A stretch of 64,000 nucleotides of DNA from Rhodothermales bacterium (GTDB lineage Bacteria; Bacteroidota; Rhodothermia; Rhodothermales; VXPQ01): NCBI GenBank assembly GCA_040904565.1, contig JBBDTI010000054.1, forward strand, positions 22,144 through 86,143, in the 5' to 3' direction. Made by a program: the position numbers and the translations under genes. Shown in pieces: positions 35,074 to 44,527 of the stretch; within the stretch, counting starts at the first letter, position 1; every line of letters starts with the position of its first letter. The notes below the pieces were generated by a model that saw nothing but the letters and a program-made list of their open reading frames with translations, had not been told where the DNA came from and searched no databases.

Positions 35074-35919
35074 ATGTTCTTAAAGCGCAGGAACCTCAAT
35101 CGGCGTGTTTTTTTAGGCGGCGTGTTAGGTTGCGTAACCGCCTGGCTCTTTTTCGCAGGCGACGTCCGCGCGCAGGCTGACGGCGCATTCGAATGGCCGG
35201 CGGACAACGTGATGGCTCTCAGCCTGAGTTTTGACGATGCGCGTACGAGCCAGGTGGATGTCGGGCTCGATCTGTTCGATCGGACGGGTGGTCTGGTCAC
35301 TTTCTTCGTGGTTCCGGGGGCCGTCGAGCAGCGCCTGGACGGCTGGCGGCGCATGCGAGCGGCGGGCCACGAGATCGGGAATCACACGCTCACTCATCCG
35401 TGTACGGGCAATTTTTCGTGGGCGCGCGACAAGGCGCTGGAATCGTACACGCGCCAGGCGATGCGTCATGAGCTCACGGCCGCTAACCGCCGTATAGAAG
35501 AATTGCTGGGCGTGACGCCGGCGGTGTTTGCCTATCCGTGCGGCCAAACGTTCGTCGGGCGCGGGGTCGAAACGCTGAGTTACGTGCCGCTCGTCGCAGA
35601 GCTATTCCTGGCCGGACGTGGGTGGTTGGACGAAGCGCCGAACGATCCTACCTTCGTCGATCTCGCCCAGGTGCTCGCCATCGAGATGGACGGGAAGACC
35701 TTCGAGGAGCTGCTGCCCGTTCTCGAACAGGCTGCGGCCGACGGGAAATGGGTGGTCCTGGCGGGCCATGAGATTGGAGACGGCGGAGCACAGACCACAC
35801 GTGTTGACACGCTCGAACGGCTCATCCGCTATGTGAATGAGCCGTCCAATCACGTCTGGCTGGCCCCCGTCGGTACCGTGAGCCGGTATGTCGTCGAACA
35901 GCGAAGCTCCGGCCGCTAG
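35074..35919 (+). CDS. Polysaccharide deacetylase (CE4/NodB homology) family protein, secreted
   Basis: ATG at 35074. NodB motifs LSFDDARTS and GNHTLTHP. N-terminal hydrophobic signal. Confidence 0.8.
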   Translation: MFLKRRNLNRRVFLGGVLGCVTAWLFFAGDVRAQADGAFEWPADNVMALSLSFDDARTSQVDVGLDLFDRTGGLVTFFVVPGAVEQRLDGWRRMRAAGHEIGNHTLTHPCTGNFSWARDKALESYTRQAMRHELTAANRRIEELLGVTPAVFAYPCGQTFVGRGVETLSYVPLVAELFLAGRGWLDEAPNDPTFVDLAQVLAIEMDGKTFEELLPVLEQAAADGKWVVLAGHEIGDGGAQTTRVDTLERLIRYVNEPSNHVWLAPVGTVSRYVVEQRSSGR

Positions 35920-35925
35920 GATGCG

Positions 35926-38499
35926 CTACTCACCGCCCTCTTCACCTTCTTCCGCCTCGACGGCCTGATTGATGCCCTCGAGAATGACGGCCTGCTTTTC
36001 GGCGTTCTCCACGCTGCCGAGGTAGGTGGACAGCGTGGCGAGCGCGTCTTCCGTTCCGATCGCAGCGATGCGGCTGACGGTGAAGGAGAGGATGCGTGGG
36101 AGCTGGGCGGCGAGAGCCACGTCCATCGCCCTGTTCAGGTCGGTCGGGACGACCGGTTCCATGGCATACCAGGTCATGAGGGGAAGATTGCGATCGCCCG
36201 CATCTTCCGCCCGCCGGGTAAGCCCCTCGAGCACGTCCCATCTATTTTCCGGTTCCGTTCGCTGCAGTGCGCTGGCGAGGTAGAGACGCACGAGCGACGA
36301 GGGATCGTCCACCGCCATCTGCTCGAAGCGGGCCAGGGCGGACTGCGGCACGTCCCGGTCTTCGGCGAGCAGCTGAATGGCCCAGCTGCGGAGATGCTCG
36401 CTCTCGTGATCGAGCAGTTCGACGAGATCCTGATCCTCGAGTCCGTCCGTCACGTGCAGCGTCCAGAGCGCGCGCAGCTTGCGCGTGACGTCCGGGTTGT
36501 CGTTCAGCATGGCCCACAGCGCATCGTGCACCCCGGCGTCCGCTCCGCGCTCCTGCAGGAGGAGCCGCGAGCGCCGTACGTACCATTCGTTCTGATGCAG
36601 CTGCAGCTCGGCGAGCTCCGCCGACGAGCGTTCCGCCAGATTCACGTCCACCCATTCGTCATTTTCATGCGTGATTTTAAAGATCCTCCCCGTCGAGTGG
36701 TCGTGGCTCTCCGGGTTGCCGTGGTGGCACTGGTTGACGTCGTACCAGTCGATCGTGTAGACCGAGCCATCCGGACCGTACTGCAGGTCGAGCATCTGCG
36801 AGTAGCTGTCGTTGGCCAGCAGGAAGTCGGGGCCGTGGCGGCCGACGTATCCCGATCCGTCGCGCTCCAGGATGTCCGTGTTGGCCCGGAAGCCGTGCAC
36901 GTTGTTCATGAAAAGCCGGCCGTGAAATTCGTCGGGCCAGGAGTCACCGAAATAGAACATCGCTCCGGCATGGGCGTGTCCGCCGCCGGCCGCGCCGGAG
37001 CGGCGATTGCCCGCGTGCGGTCCGCGGTTTCCCACCCAGTGGACGTGGTCGCCGGTGTGATCGAGGTCGTCGTATACGTAGGGATTAAAGTGTTCCCCGG
37101 CCTGACGCATGATACGCGCTCCCTGGATCGCATGATGTAGATGAGGGATGACGCAGGCGGTCATGAAGCCGTGCCCGTATTCGTTCCAGTCGATGCCCCA
37201 GGGGTTGCTCGTACCGTAGGTGAACACCTCGAACTCGTGGCTGGTGGGGTGGAAGCGCCAGGTTCCGGCATTGAGCTTTACGCGCTCCTCTTCCGGCGTG
37301 CCCGGGGCGCCCACATTGGAATGGGTAAAGACGCCGTGCGTGCCGTAGAGCCATCCGTCCGGTCCCCATGAGAAGGAATTCAACGTTTCGTGCGTGTCGT
37401 GATACCCCCATCCGTCGAGGAGGATTTCCGGCTCACCCGCCGGCCGGTCGCCCGATGCGTCGATCGGAATGTACATGAGGTAGGGGGCGGCACCGACCCA
37501 GACGCCTCCCAGGCCAACCTCGAGGCCGCTTATGAGGTTAAGCCCTTCCGTGAACACCTTTCGGCTGTCCAGCGAACCGTCGCCGTCGGTATCTTCGAAG
37601 ATGAGGATGCGGTCGCGGCCTTCGCCTTCTTCCGCGCGCACGGGGTAGGTATGGGCTTCGGCGATCCAGACGCGGCCTCGCTCATCCAGCGCCATCGCGA
37701 TGGGATTGATCACGTCCGGCTCGGCGGCCGCGAGCTGGGCGCTAAATCCGTCGGGAAGATCCATGGCCGCGGCGGCCTGTTCGCCGGTTAGTCCGGCGTG
37801 GACGACCTCATCCCACGCCGGGAGTGCAGAGACCTCCGAAGACTGAATTTCGTTCGGGAAGGACGGCCGTTCCGCGTGGAAGCGGAAGTGATCGAAGCTG
37901 ATGTGGGCGAATGGGTTTTCTCGGATGTACATGGCCGTGGAAGCACCCGCATCCGCGTCGACGAGGCGGATGAAGATCCGGTCGCCGACGTGATCGCTCA
38001 GATCGGCCACGACGGGGCGAAGTTCAAACGAGTTCGTGCCGCTCATCGAAAAAACGACTTCAGCGCCGTCCGTCAGAACGAGTTCCGCCCGGGTACTTTC
38101 GAATGCCCCGCCGGCGAGCAGGAAGCTCGCATACGGTTCCGTGACCTCGAACGCTACCGACGTAAGCTCGCCCTGTCCGCTCGGGCCGTGCGCGAGGACG
38201 GAACTCACCCAGTAGTCGCCCTCGTGACCGCTCCGTGCGTCCTCTTCGCGCTCCGCGACGATCTCGGCCTCACGCGAGGCGTACACGTCGCCCTGAACGG
38301 GCTGGCCTTCGAAGGCATCGCCGTCGGCCGTCCAGTCGGCCAGCGTGCCGGCCTCGAAATCGAGGTTGAGTGTGCGTCCGGCGTCATCCGTAGGGGCTAC
38401 ACCTGCATCCTGGGCCGCGGCGGGGGCGGCCGCGAGCAGGATGCAGGTCAGAACGAAAAGAAATACCTGCGGGAGAGACGTGTGCGTTGACATGATCAT
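35926..38499 (-). CDS. Large periplasmic 'membrane-bound dehydrogenase domain' (SGL-like beta-propeller) + HEAT-repeat protein, paralog B (no redox cofactor module seen)
   Basis: ATG at 38499 with a signal peptide. N-terminal LNLDFEAGTLADWTADGDAFEGQPV domain. Core RILIFEDTDGDGSLDSRKVF...GWGYHDTHETLNSF. C-terminal helical HEAT-like repeats. No CxxCH motif. Confidence 0.8.
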   Translation of the reverse strand: MIMSTHTSLPQVFLFVLTCILLAAAPAAAQDAGVAPTDDAGRTLNLDFEAGTLADWTADGDAFEGQPVQGDVYASREAEIVAEREEDARSGHEGDYWVSSVLAHGPSGQGELTSVAFEVTEPYASFLLAGGAFESTRAELVLTDGAEVVFSMSGTNSFELRPVVADLSDHVGDRIFIRLVDADAGASTAMYIRENPFAHISFDHFRFHAERPSFPNEIQSSEVSALPAWDEVVHAGLTGEQAAAAMDLPDGFSAQLAAAEPDVINPIAMALDERGRVWIAEAHTYPVRAEEGEGRDRILIFEDTDGDGSLDSRKVFTEGLNLISGLEVGLGGVWVGAAPYLMYIPIDASGDRPAGEPEILLDGWGYHDTHETLNSFSWGPDGWLYGTHGVFTHSNVGAPGTPEEERVKLNAGTWRFHPTSHEFEVFTYGTSNPWGIDWNEYGHGFMTACVIPHLHHAIQGARIMRQAGEHFNPYVYDDLDHTGDHVHWVGNRGPHAGNRRSGAAGGGHAHAGAMFYFGDSWPDEFHGRLFMNNVHGFRANTDILERDGSGYVGRHGPDFLLANDSYSQMLDLQYGPDGSVYTIDWYDVNQCHHGNPESHDHSTGRIFKITHENDEWVDVNLAERSSAELAELQLHQNEWYVRRSRLLLQERGADAGVHDALWAMLNDNPDVTRKLRALWTLHVTDGLEDQDLVELLDHESEHLRSWAIQLLAEDRDVPQSALARFEQMAVDDPSSLVRLYLASALQRTEPENRWDVLEGLTRRAEDAGDRNLPLMTWYAMEPVVPTDLNRAMDVALAAQLPRILSFTVSRIAAIGTEDALATLSTYLGSVENAEKQAVILEGINQAVEAEEGEEGGE

Positions 38500-38505
38500 T
38501 GCGAT

Positions 38506-39753
38506 TTAGTTTGCGTCTGAGAGCAATTGGGGTTGGGCATCCTCCCATTCCGAAGCGCTTACCATGCGCGTCTGGTGGTGGAAAACGAACGCCCCCTTCT
38601 TATTGACGACCAGGATGTCGGGCAGCCCGTCGTCATTGAAATGGCCGATCGTTACGTCGACGCCGACGCCGGAGTCGTCGTCGATCAGGTAGGGGATGAA
38701 GGACACGTCGCCGTCTTCAGAGCGGTCCAGCTTGAACCAGTAGAGGACGGCCGGCGCCTGTGATTCGGGGTCGCCGTGATCGCCGTGCGCGTACCAGCGC
38801 TTTCCGGTCACGATATCCAGGAGTCCGTCTCCGTCGATGTCGGCGACTTTCAGGGCGTGCGGCTGCGTGAATCGCACGCCATATGGACTGTCCTCGATCT
38901 CTTCACCCATGATGAGGTGTCGTTCGAACGTACCGTCCGGCAGCTGTTCGAACCAGGCCAGGCCGTATCCATGGGCCTCCAGGCTCGTGATGACGTCGTT
39001 CCGTCCATCTCCGTTCACGTCGTAGGCGTGCATGTGGGCACCGCCGGGTCCGAAGTCGACCTCGTGGTAGGTCCATAGGTCGTCCGAATCGAAGCCGGGA
39101 TTCTCCCACCAGCCTTCGGCCAGGATCAGATCCGGCAGTCCGTCCCCGTCGACGTCGCCCGTGCCGAGGCCGTGCGTATAGCGGCCCCACTCGTGCTGCT
39201 CCGTCACGGGATGGAACGTCCATTCGTCGGTTGGACGATCGGGGTCGAAGGTCGTGTACCCCATGTATCCGTCGGCCAGGTGGACGATCTCGGGCCGCCC
39301 GTCACCCGTGAAATCCTCGATATGCACCGATTCGTCATCGATCGTAGGATAGGCCAGATGCCGCTCCCAGTGCCCGCCGTCATCCTGCGGATTCTCGTAC
39401 CAGTACGCTGCCTCTCCGGGAAATCCGATCACGAGGATGTCGTTACGTCCGTCGCCGTTGAAATCGTAGACGTGCGCGAAAAACTTGTCGGAGTACTCCA
39501 GCACATCGAAGACGGTCGGTTCGATGAATTCGTGCCGCTCCTGGAAGTCGGGCCCCGCGTACCAGAACGGGCCGACCACCACATCCGGCGTGCCGTCGCC
39601 GTCGACGTCGCCGATGGCCCCGCCTTCCGCATAGAAGACGTCGGAGAGCTGGGTGCGCTCGAATTCGTGCACGGTCCGGTCTTCCGGACCGAACAGCAGA
39701 TACCCCGAGGCGACGAGGATGATGGCTGCGGCGGCTACGTAGATCTTTTTCAT
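38506..39753 (-). CDS. FG-GAP/VCBS repeat protein, secreted
   Basis: ATG at 39753. Repeated Ca-binding-like DxDGDG motifs: GDVDGDGTPDVVVG, FNGDGRNDILV, TGDGRPEIV, GDVDGDGLPDLIL, VNGDGRNDVI, DIDGDGLLDIV. Confidence 0.85.
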   Translation of the reverse strand: MKKIYVAAAAIILVASGYLLFGPEDRTVHEFERTQLSDVFYAEGGAIGDVDGDGTPDVVVGPFWYAGPDFQERHEFIEPTVFDVLEYSDKFFAHVYDFNGDGRNDILVIGFPGEAAYWYENPQDDGGHWERHLAYPTIDDESVHIEDFTGDGRPEIVHLADGYMGYTTFDPDRPTDEWTFHPVTEQHEWGRYTHGLGTGDVDGDGLPDLILAEGWWENPGFDSDDLWTYHEVDFGPGGAHMHAYDVNGDGRNDVITSLEAHGYGLAWFEQLPDGTFERHLIMGEEIEDSPYGVRFTQPHALKVADIDGDGLLDIVTGKRWYAHGDHGDPESQAPAVLYWFKLDRSEDGDVSFIPYLIDDDSGVGVDVTIGHFNDDGLPDILVVNKKGAFVFHHQTRMVSASEWEDAQPQLLSDAN

Positions 39754-39757
39754 GGCT

Positions 39758-42598
39758 TCAGTCTCGGTTGACGAGCTCGTTGATTCCGTTCAATATGGCA
39801 CGCCGCTGCTCCTGCGTATCGGCCTGCGACAGACGGCCCGACAGGGTCTGCAGGGCCTGCTGCGATCCGATTGCCGCGATGCGGCGGATCGTAAATTCAA
39901 GAATGTTCGGCAGCTCCGAGGCGAGGGCCACGTCGAGCGCCCGGCCCATATCGAGGGGCACGGTGGGCTCCGTGGCATACCAGACCATCAGAGGTTGGTT
40001 GTGGTCATCGGCGTCCTCGGAACGGAGGTGCAGTTCTTCAAGAACGGTCCACCGGCGATCCGGTTCGATGCGCTGCAGTGCGGCGGCGACGTGGAGCCGT
40101 ACCATGGCCGACTCGTCGTGGGCGGCCAGGCGAGTGAGAGCAGACATCGCGGCGTCCGAAATCTCACGGTCTTCAGCCAGCAGCTGAACGGCCCAGCTCC
40201 GGACGTATTCGTTTTCATGTGAGAGATACTCCACCAGCGCCGCGTCGGTGAGTCCGCCCGTGACGTGGAGAGCCCAGAGCCCGCGCAGCTGGTGTGCGGG
40301 CTCTGCTTCGTTGTCGATCAGGTCGTTCAGGGCGTCGTGGACGATTTCGTCGGCTCCCCGCTCTTGAAGAATACGCTGCGCGTGTCGGACGTACCACTCG
40401 TTATCGTGCGTCAGCAGGTCCACGAGCTCGGCGGAGGTCCGCTCCTGCACATTCACCCGCACGAACCGGTCGTTTTCGTGGCTGATCTTGAAGATGCGGC
40501 CCAGCGACTTTTCGTGGACGTCGGGATTCGGGCTGTGGCACTGGTTCTTGTCGTACCAGTCTATCGCGTGGACCGACCCGCCGGGTCCGTAGCGCAGGTT
40601 CAGCATCTGCGACCAGGCATCGTTAGCCATTAGAAAATCGTCTCCGTGGGTTGCGCGGTAGCCTGATCCGTCTCTCTCGAGAACGTCCGCGTTCACGCGG
40701 TACCCGTGGATGTTATTCATCAGGATCCGCGACCGGTACGTATCCGGCCAGCTTCCGCCCTGGTAGATCATGGCCCCTGCGTGCGCGTGCCCACCGCCTC
40801 CGCCGCGTCGGCTTCCGGCGGCCCAGCCCTTATCACCCACCCAGTGCACGTGGTCGGCGATCGTCTCGATGTCGTCGTACGTATATGGATTAAAGTGTTC
40901 GCCGGCCTGTCTGAAATAGCGGGCGCCCTGAACGACGTGGTATAGATGGGGGATGACGCAGGCCGTGATAAACGGCTGTCCGTACTCGTTCCAATCGAGG
41001 CCCCACGGGTTGCTCGTTCCGTGCGCGTAGACCTCGAATTCGTGACGCGTGGGATGATAGCGCCAGACCCCGGCGTTGAGGGGTGTGCGAAGCGAGTCGG
41101 GCGTTCCCGGTTCACCTACGTTCGAGTGCGTGAAGACGCCTTGCGTGCCGTAGAGCCATCCATCCGGACTCCAGCGAAACGAATTAAGGGTCTCGTGCGT
41201 GTCGTGATATCCCCATCCATCAAGCAGGATCTCCGGCTCGCCGGCGGGCCGATCGCCGGAGGCATCGATCGGGATATACATCAAGTAGGGTGCTGCGCCG
41301 ACCCACACGCCGTCGAACCCCACTTCGATGCCGCTGACGAGGTTGAGTCCCTCGACGAACACCTTCCGGCTATTTAGTGTGCCGTCGCCGTTCGTATCCT
41401 CGAAGATGAGGATGCGATCCTGCCCTTCACCGTCCGGCGCCCTGCGGGGATACGTACGTCCTTCCGCGACCCAGAGGCGGCCGCGGTCGTCGTACGTGAA
41501 GGCGATCGGGCGAACGACGTCGGGTTCTGAAGCGGCGACCTGTACGGAAAACCCCTCCGGAAGGTCCATGGCCTCGACGGCCTCCTCGGCGGAGAGTCCG
41601 GCGTGCTCGGGAAGCTGCAGGGCGGGAAGCGGCTCGGTCTCCTCGCGGGTCAGCTCGTTGGGAAAAGATGGCCTCGTTTCGTAGAAGCGGAACCGGTCGA
41701 AGCGGATATGAGCCCACTGGTGCGGATCGTGGAAGGGGTTGGACCGTTCCCCGGTCTCTTCGTCGACGATCTCGATGAAGATATCTTCTCCCATGTATTC
41801 GCTTACATCGACGACGACGGGGCGCAGGGACGCGCCGTCATGGCCCGATATGGAATAGAAGATCGTACCGTCGTCGGCGCGGCGAAGCTCTACGTGCGTG
41901 CCTTCGAACGCGCCTCCGGCGATGAGAAAGGCCGCGTACGGATGCGTGACTTCGAAGGGGGCGGACTGAAGGCGTCCGGTAGGCGCGCTCCCGGCCAGGG
42001 CGCCCGTATCGATCCAGTAGTCGCCGTCGTAATTGGAGGCCGGTTCGTGTTCATCGCTCGCCTCGATATCGACGGACGACACGGGCTGATCGTCGAAGGC
42101 CGTTCCGACCGCCGTCCAGTCCGCCAGCGTCCCGTCCTCAAAGTCGACGTTGATCGGAGGGGCCTGGCCCGGATCCTGCGCCACGTCGCCCGAGACGATC
42201 TCGAAGCGTCCTTCCATTCCGGCGGCCCGGTGGCCGGGAATCGTGCAGAAGTAAATGTCGTCGGCGACGGCCGTGAACGTGACGCTGGCGCGTTCGCCGA
42301 CCTCGAGGACCTCGTCCGTCTTGACCCCCAGTTCTTCCATCTTCAGGTCGTGAACCAGCGTCTCGCCGTTCACGATCGTGATCCGGACGACCTCGCCTTC
42401 TTCAGCGGTAAGGACCGGATTGCGTACGCCGTCGATCTCACCACCGATGCCCGTGTAGCCGAGCATGGTGGATTCCAGTACGTATTCCCGGTCGATCTCG
42501 GATGCGTCGTCGAGATCCTGCGCGCTCACGATGGAGGTCGTCGGCAGCCACGAGAGCAGCACGGAAAGGAGAAGGCGCTGAAGACAACGAGCGTACAT
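39758..42598 (-). CDS. Cupredoxin + 'membrane-bound dehydrogenase domain' + HEAT-repeat protein, paralog A
   Basis: ATG at 42598 gives the signal MYARCLQRLLLSVLLSWLPTTSIVSAQ. The core is collinear with 35926..38499, including an identical 44-aa stretch VWVGAAPYLMYIPIDASGDRPAGEPEILLDGWGYHDTHETLNSF encoded with synonymous differences. Extra N-terminal cupredoxin. The ORF upstream to 42856 is unsupported. Confidence 0.8.
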   Translation of the reverse strand: MYARCLQRLLLSVLLSWLPTTSIVSAQDLDDASEIDREYVLESTMLGYTGIGGEIDGVRNPVLTAEEGEVVRITIVNGETLVHDLKMEELGVKTDEVLEVGERASVTFTAVADDIYFCTIPGHRAAGMEGRFEIVSGDVAQDPGQAPPINVDFEDGTLADWTAVGTAFDDQPVSSVDIEASDEHEPASNYDGDYWIDTGALAGSAPTGRLQSAPFEVTHPYAAFLIAGGAFEGTHVELRRADDGTIFYSISGHDGASLRPVVVDVSEYMGEDIFIEIVDEETGERSNPFHDPHQWAHIRFDRFRFYETRPSFPNELTREETEPLPALQLPEHAGLSAEEAVEAMDLPEGFSVQVAASEPDVVRPIAFTYDDRGRLWVAEGRTYPRRAPDGEGQDRILIFEDTNGDGTLNSRKVFVEGLNLVSGIEVGFDGVWVGAAPYLMYIPIDASGDRPAGEPEILLDGWGYHDTHETLNSFRWSPDGWLYGTQGVFTHSNVGEPGTPDSLRTPLNAGVWRYHPTRHEFEVYAHGTSNPWGLDWNEYGQPFITACVIPHLYHVVQGARYFRQAGEHFNPYTYDDIETIADHVHWVGDKGWAAGSRRGGGGGHAHAGAMIYQGGSWPDTYRSRILMNNIHGYRVNADVLERDGSGYRATHGDDFLMANDAWSQMLNLRYGPGGSVHAIDWYDKNQCHSPNPDVHEKSLGRIFKISHENDRFVRVNVQERTSAELVDLLTHDNEWYVRHAQRILQERGADEIVHDALNDLIDNEAEPAHQLRGLWALHVTGGLTDAALVEYLSHENEYVRSWAVQLLAEDREISDAAMSALTRLAAHDESAMVRLHVAAALQRIEPDRRWTVLEELHLRSEDADDHNQPLMVWYATEPTVPLDMGRALDVALASELPNILEFTIRRIAAIGSQQALQTLSGRLSQADTQEQRRAILNGINELVNRD
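42191..42493 (-). other. Type-1 (blue) copper cupredoxin domain within 39758..42598
   Basis: Candidate ligand set His (LVHDL), then Cys-x4-His-x4-Met in YFCTIPGHRAAGM. The Cys codon at 42245-42247 was verified in the sequence. Confidence 0.65.
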
Positions 42599-42977
42599 CG
42601 GCGGGCAGTAGAGAAGGATATATAACTTGGAAAGCGAACAGGACCTGGAAGCCGGGTGGACGAGGAACACCGTCCCGCATCTAGGCCGCAGCAGCCGACC
42701 CACAATATACACGCGATGTGTCGACTTATGAAGGGTGGAGTCAAATGGAGCGCTCGTGCTCGAGCCAGGGCCTGTCTCGGCGCGGATGCGGAGCGGCTCT
42801 TGCCGTCCGGCTGGTGCCGCGCCGCATCCGTACCAACCGTTCTGCTGGTGCCGCATCGCATTGGCACGAACCGTTTGGTTATCTTATCGCGGCCGGCACG
42901 TCCAAAGAAAAGGCTGTGGACAGGGGCGGGGTAGTTCCGGCAAATGAAAGATTGCCCGAACAACTAGTCCGAGGTGC

Positions 42978-44513
42978 GTGATGTACAGCTTTCTCAGATC
43001 GGCCCTGCACGCAGCGCTCACCGCACTGTTACTCTTGACGGCCGGATGTGCCGGCGAGACGGACGACCCGGTCCGCATGCTGACCGGTGGCATCCGTCAC
43101 GAGTCGAATACGTTCATCCCCATTCATACGACGGAAGCGGACTTTACGATACGTCGCGGCGTCGATGCGCTCGAGGACCAGCCGTGGGCCGTCTACCTCC
43201 AGGAGGAGGACGTCGACGTCGTTCCCACCGTTCACGCGTACGCATCGCCGTTCGGCGTCGTGGCGGCGGAGACCTACGAGCGGTTCAAACAAGAAATTCT
43301 GGACGGTCTTCGCGAGGCCGGGACGGTGGACGCCGTGTACCTCGACATGCACGGCGCGCTCCACGTGGAGGGGTACGACGATGCACAGCTCGACCTGGTG
43401 CGGTCCGTTCGCGAGCTCGCCGGGCCGGCTGCGCTGATTGGCGCGAGCTTCGATCTACACGGTAACCTGTCCGCCTCGTTCGTCGACGAACTCGATATGA
43501 TGACCGCCTACCGCACGGCGCCGCACGTCGATGGGGACGAAACGCGTGTCCGCGCCGTAAGGCGGCTGCTCGAGGCGGTCCGCGAGGGTCTGCGTCCCGT
43601 CATCGCGCACGTCAACGTGCCGATTCTTATCCCCGGTGAGAAGGGTATCACGTCGGTCGAGCCGCTCAAGTCGCTCTACGAGCAGCTGCCCGAGATAGAA
43701 GGCAGGGAAGGACTTGTGGATGCCTCGATCTTCGTCGGCATGCCGTGGACCGACGTGCACCGTGCGGGGATGAGCGTCCAGGTCGTCGCGGAAGGCGAGC
43801 GGTACCGGGGCGCGGCCGAAGAAGAGGCGCGTCGTCTGGCCGAGGCCTTATGGGATCGCCGGCACGAGCTCAAATTTGACGTGCCGACGGCCGGCATCGA
43901 TGAAGCGATCCGGATTGCCCTGAATGCACCCGAATCCACCGTGTTCATTACGGACTCGGGCGATAACACTACGGCCGGTGCCGCCGGCGACAACCCGCTC
44001 GTGGTCGAGCGGCTCCTCGCCCACGGAGTCGACGATGCGGTCGTTGCCGGTGTCGTGGATCCGCAGGCCGTCCAACAGTGCGAAGAAGCCGGCGTAGGCG
44101 CGAGCGTGAACCTGGTCGTCGGAGGCCGTCTTGATACGGTATTCGGTGAGCCGTTGGAGGTCACCGGTACCGTGAGATACGTGACGCCGCCCGATGCGCG
44201 CAGCGGCGAGCCTGGACCGCTTGAAGTGCGCCCCGCCGTGGTCGACCTCGGCGGCGTACTGCTCGTGCTGCTGAATCGCCGGCGCTCGTTTACGAGTCCG
44301 GCGGACTTCGAGGCGGTGAACATCAATCCCCTCGATCACAAGATCGTCGTCGTCAAGCTGGGATATCTGTTTCAGGGGCTGCGCGACATCGCCCCCCGGA
44401 CGATCATGGCGTTGACGCCGGGTTTTGCCTACCAGGTGGTCGAGAACCTACCGTACGAGCAGGTACGTAGGCCGATCTATCCGCTCGATCCGGACATGAC
44501 GTGGGCCCCTTAG
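42978..44513 (+). CDS. M81 family metallopeptidase (MlrC-like), lipoprotein
   Basis: MlrC N-domain motif LTGGIRHESNTFIP. Lipobox LLLTAGCAG. GTG at 42978 is followed directly by ATG at 42981, the likely start. Confidence 0.75.
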   Translation: MMYSFLRSALHAALTALLLLTAGCAGETDDPVRMLTGGIRHESNTFIPIHTTEADFTIRRGVDALEDQPWAVYLQEEDVDVVPTVHAYASPFGVVAAETYERFKQEILDGLREAGTVDAVYLDMHGALHVEGYDDAQLDLVRSVRELAGPAALIGASFDLHGNLSASFVDELDMMTAYRTAPHVDGDETRVRAVRRLLEAVREGLRPVIAHVNVPILIPGEKGITSVEPLKSLYEQLPEIEGREGLVDASIFVGMPWTDVHRAGMSVQVVAEGERYRGAAEEEARRLAEALWDRRHELKFDVPTAGIDEAIRIALNAPESTVFITDSGDNTTAGAAGDNPLVVERLLAHGVDDAVVAGVVDPQAVQQCEEAGVGASVNLVVGGRLDTVFGEPLEVTGTVRYVTPPDARSGEPGPLEVRPAVVDLGGVLLVLLNRRRSFTSPADFEAVNINPLDHKIVVVKLGYLFQGLRDIAPRTIMALTPGFAYQVVENLPYEQVRRPIYPLDPDMTWAP

Positions 44514-44527
44514 CGGGGCACGCGCCG

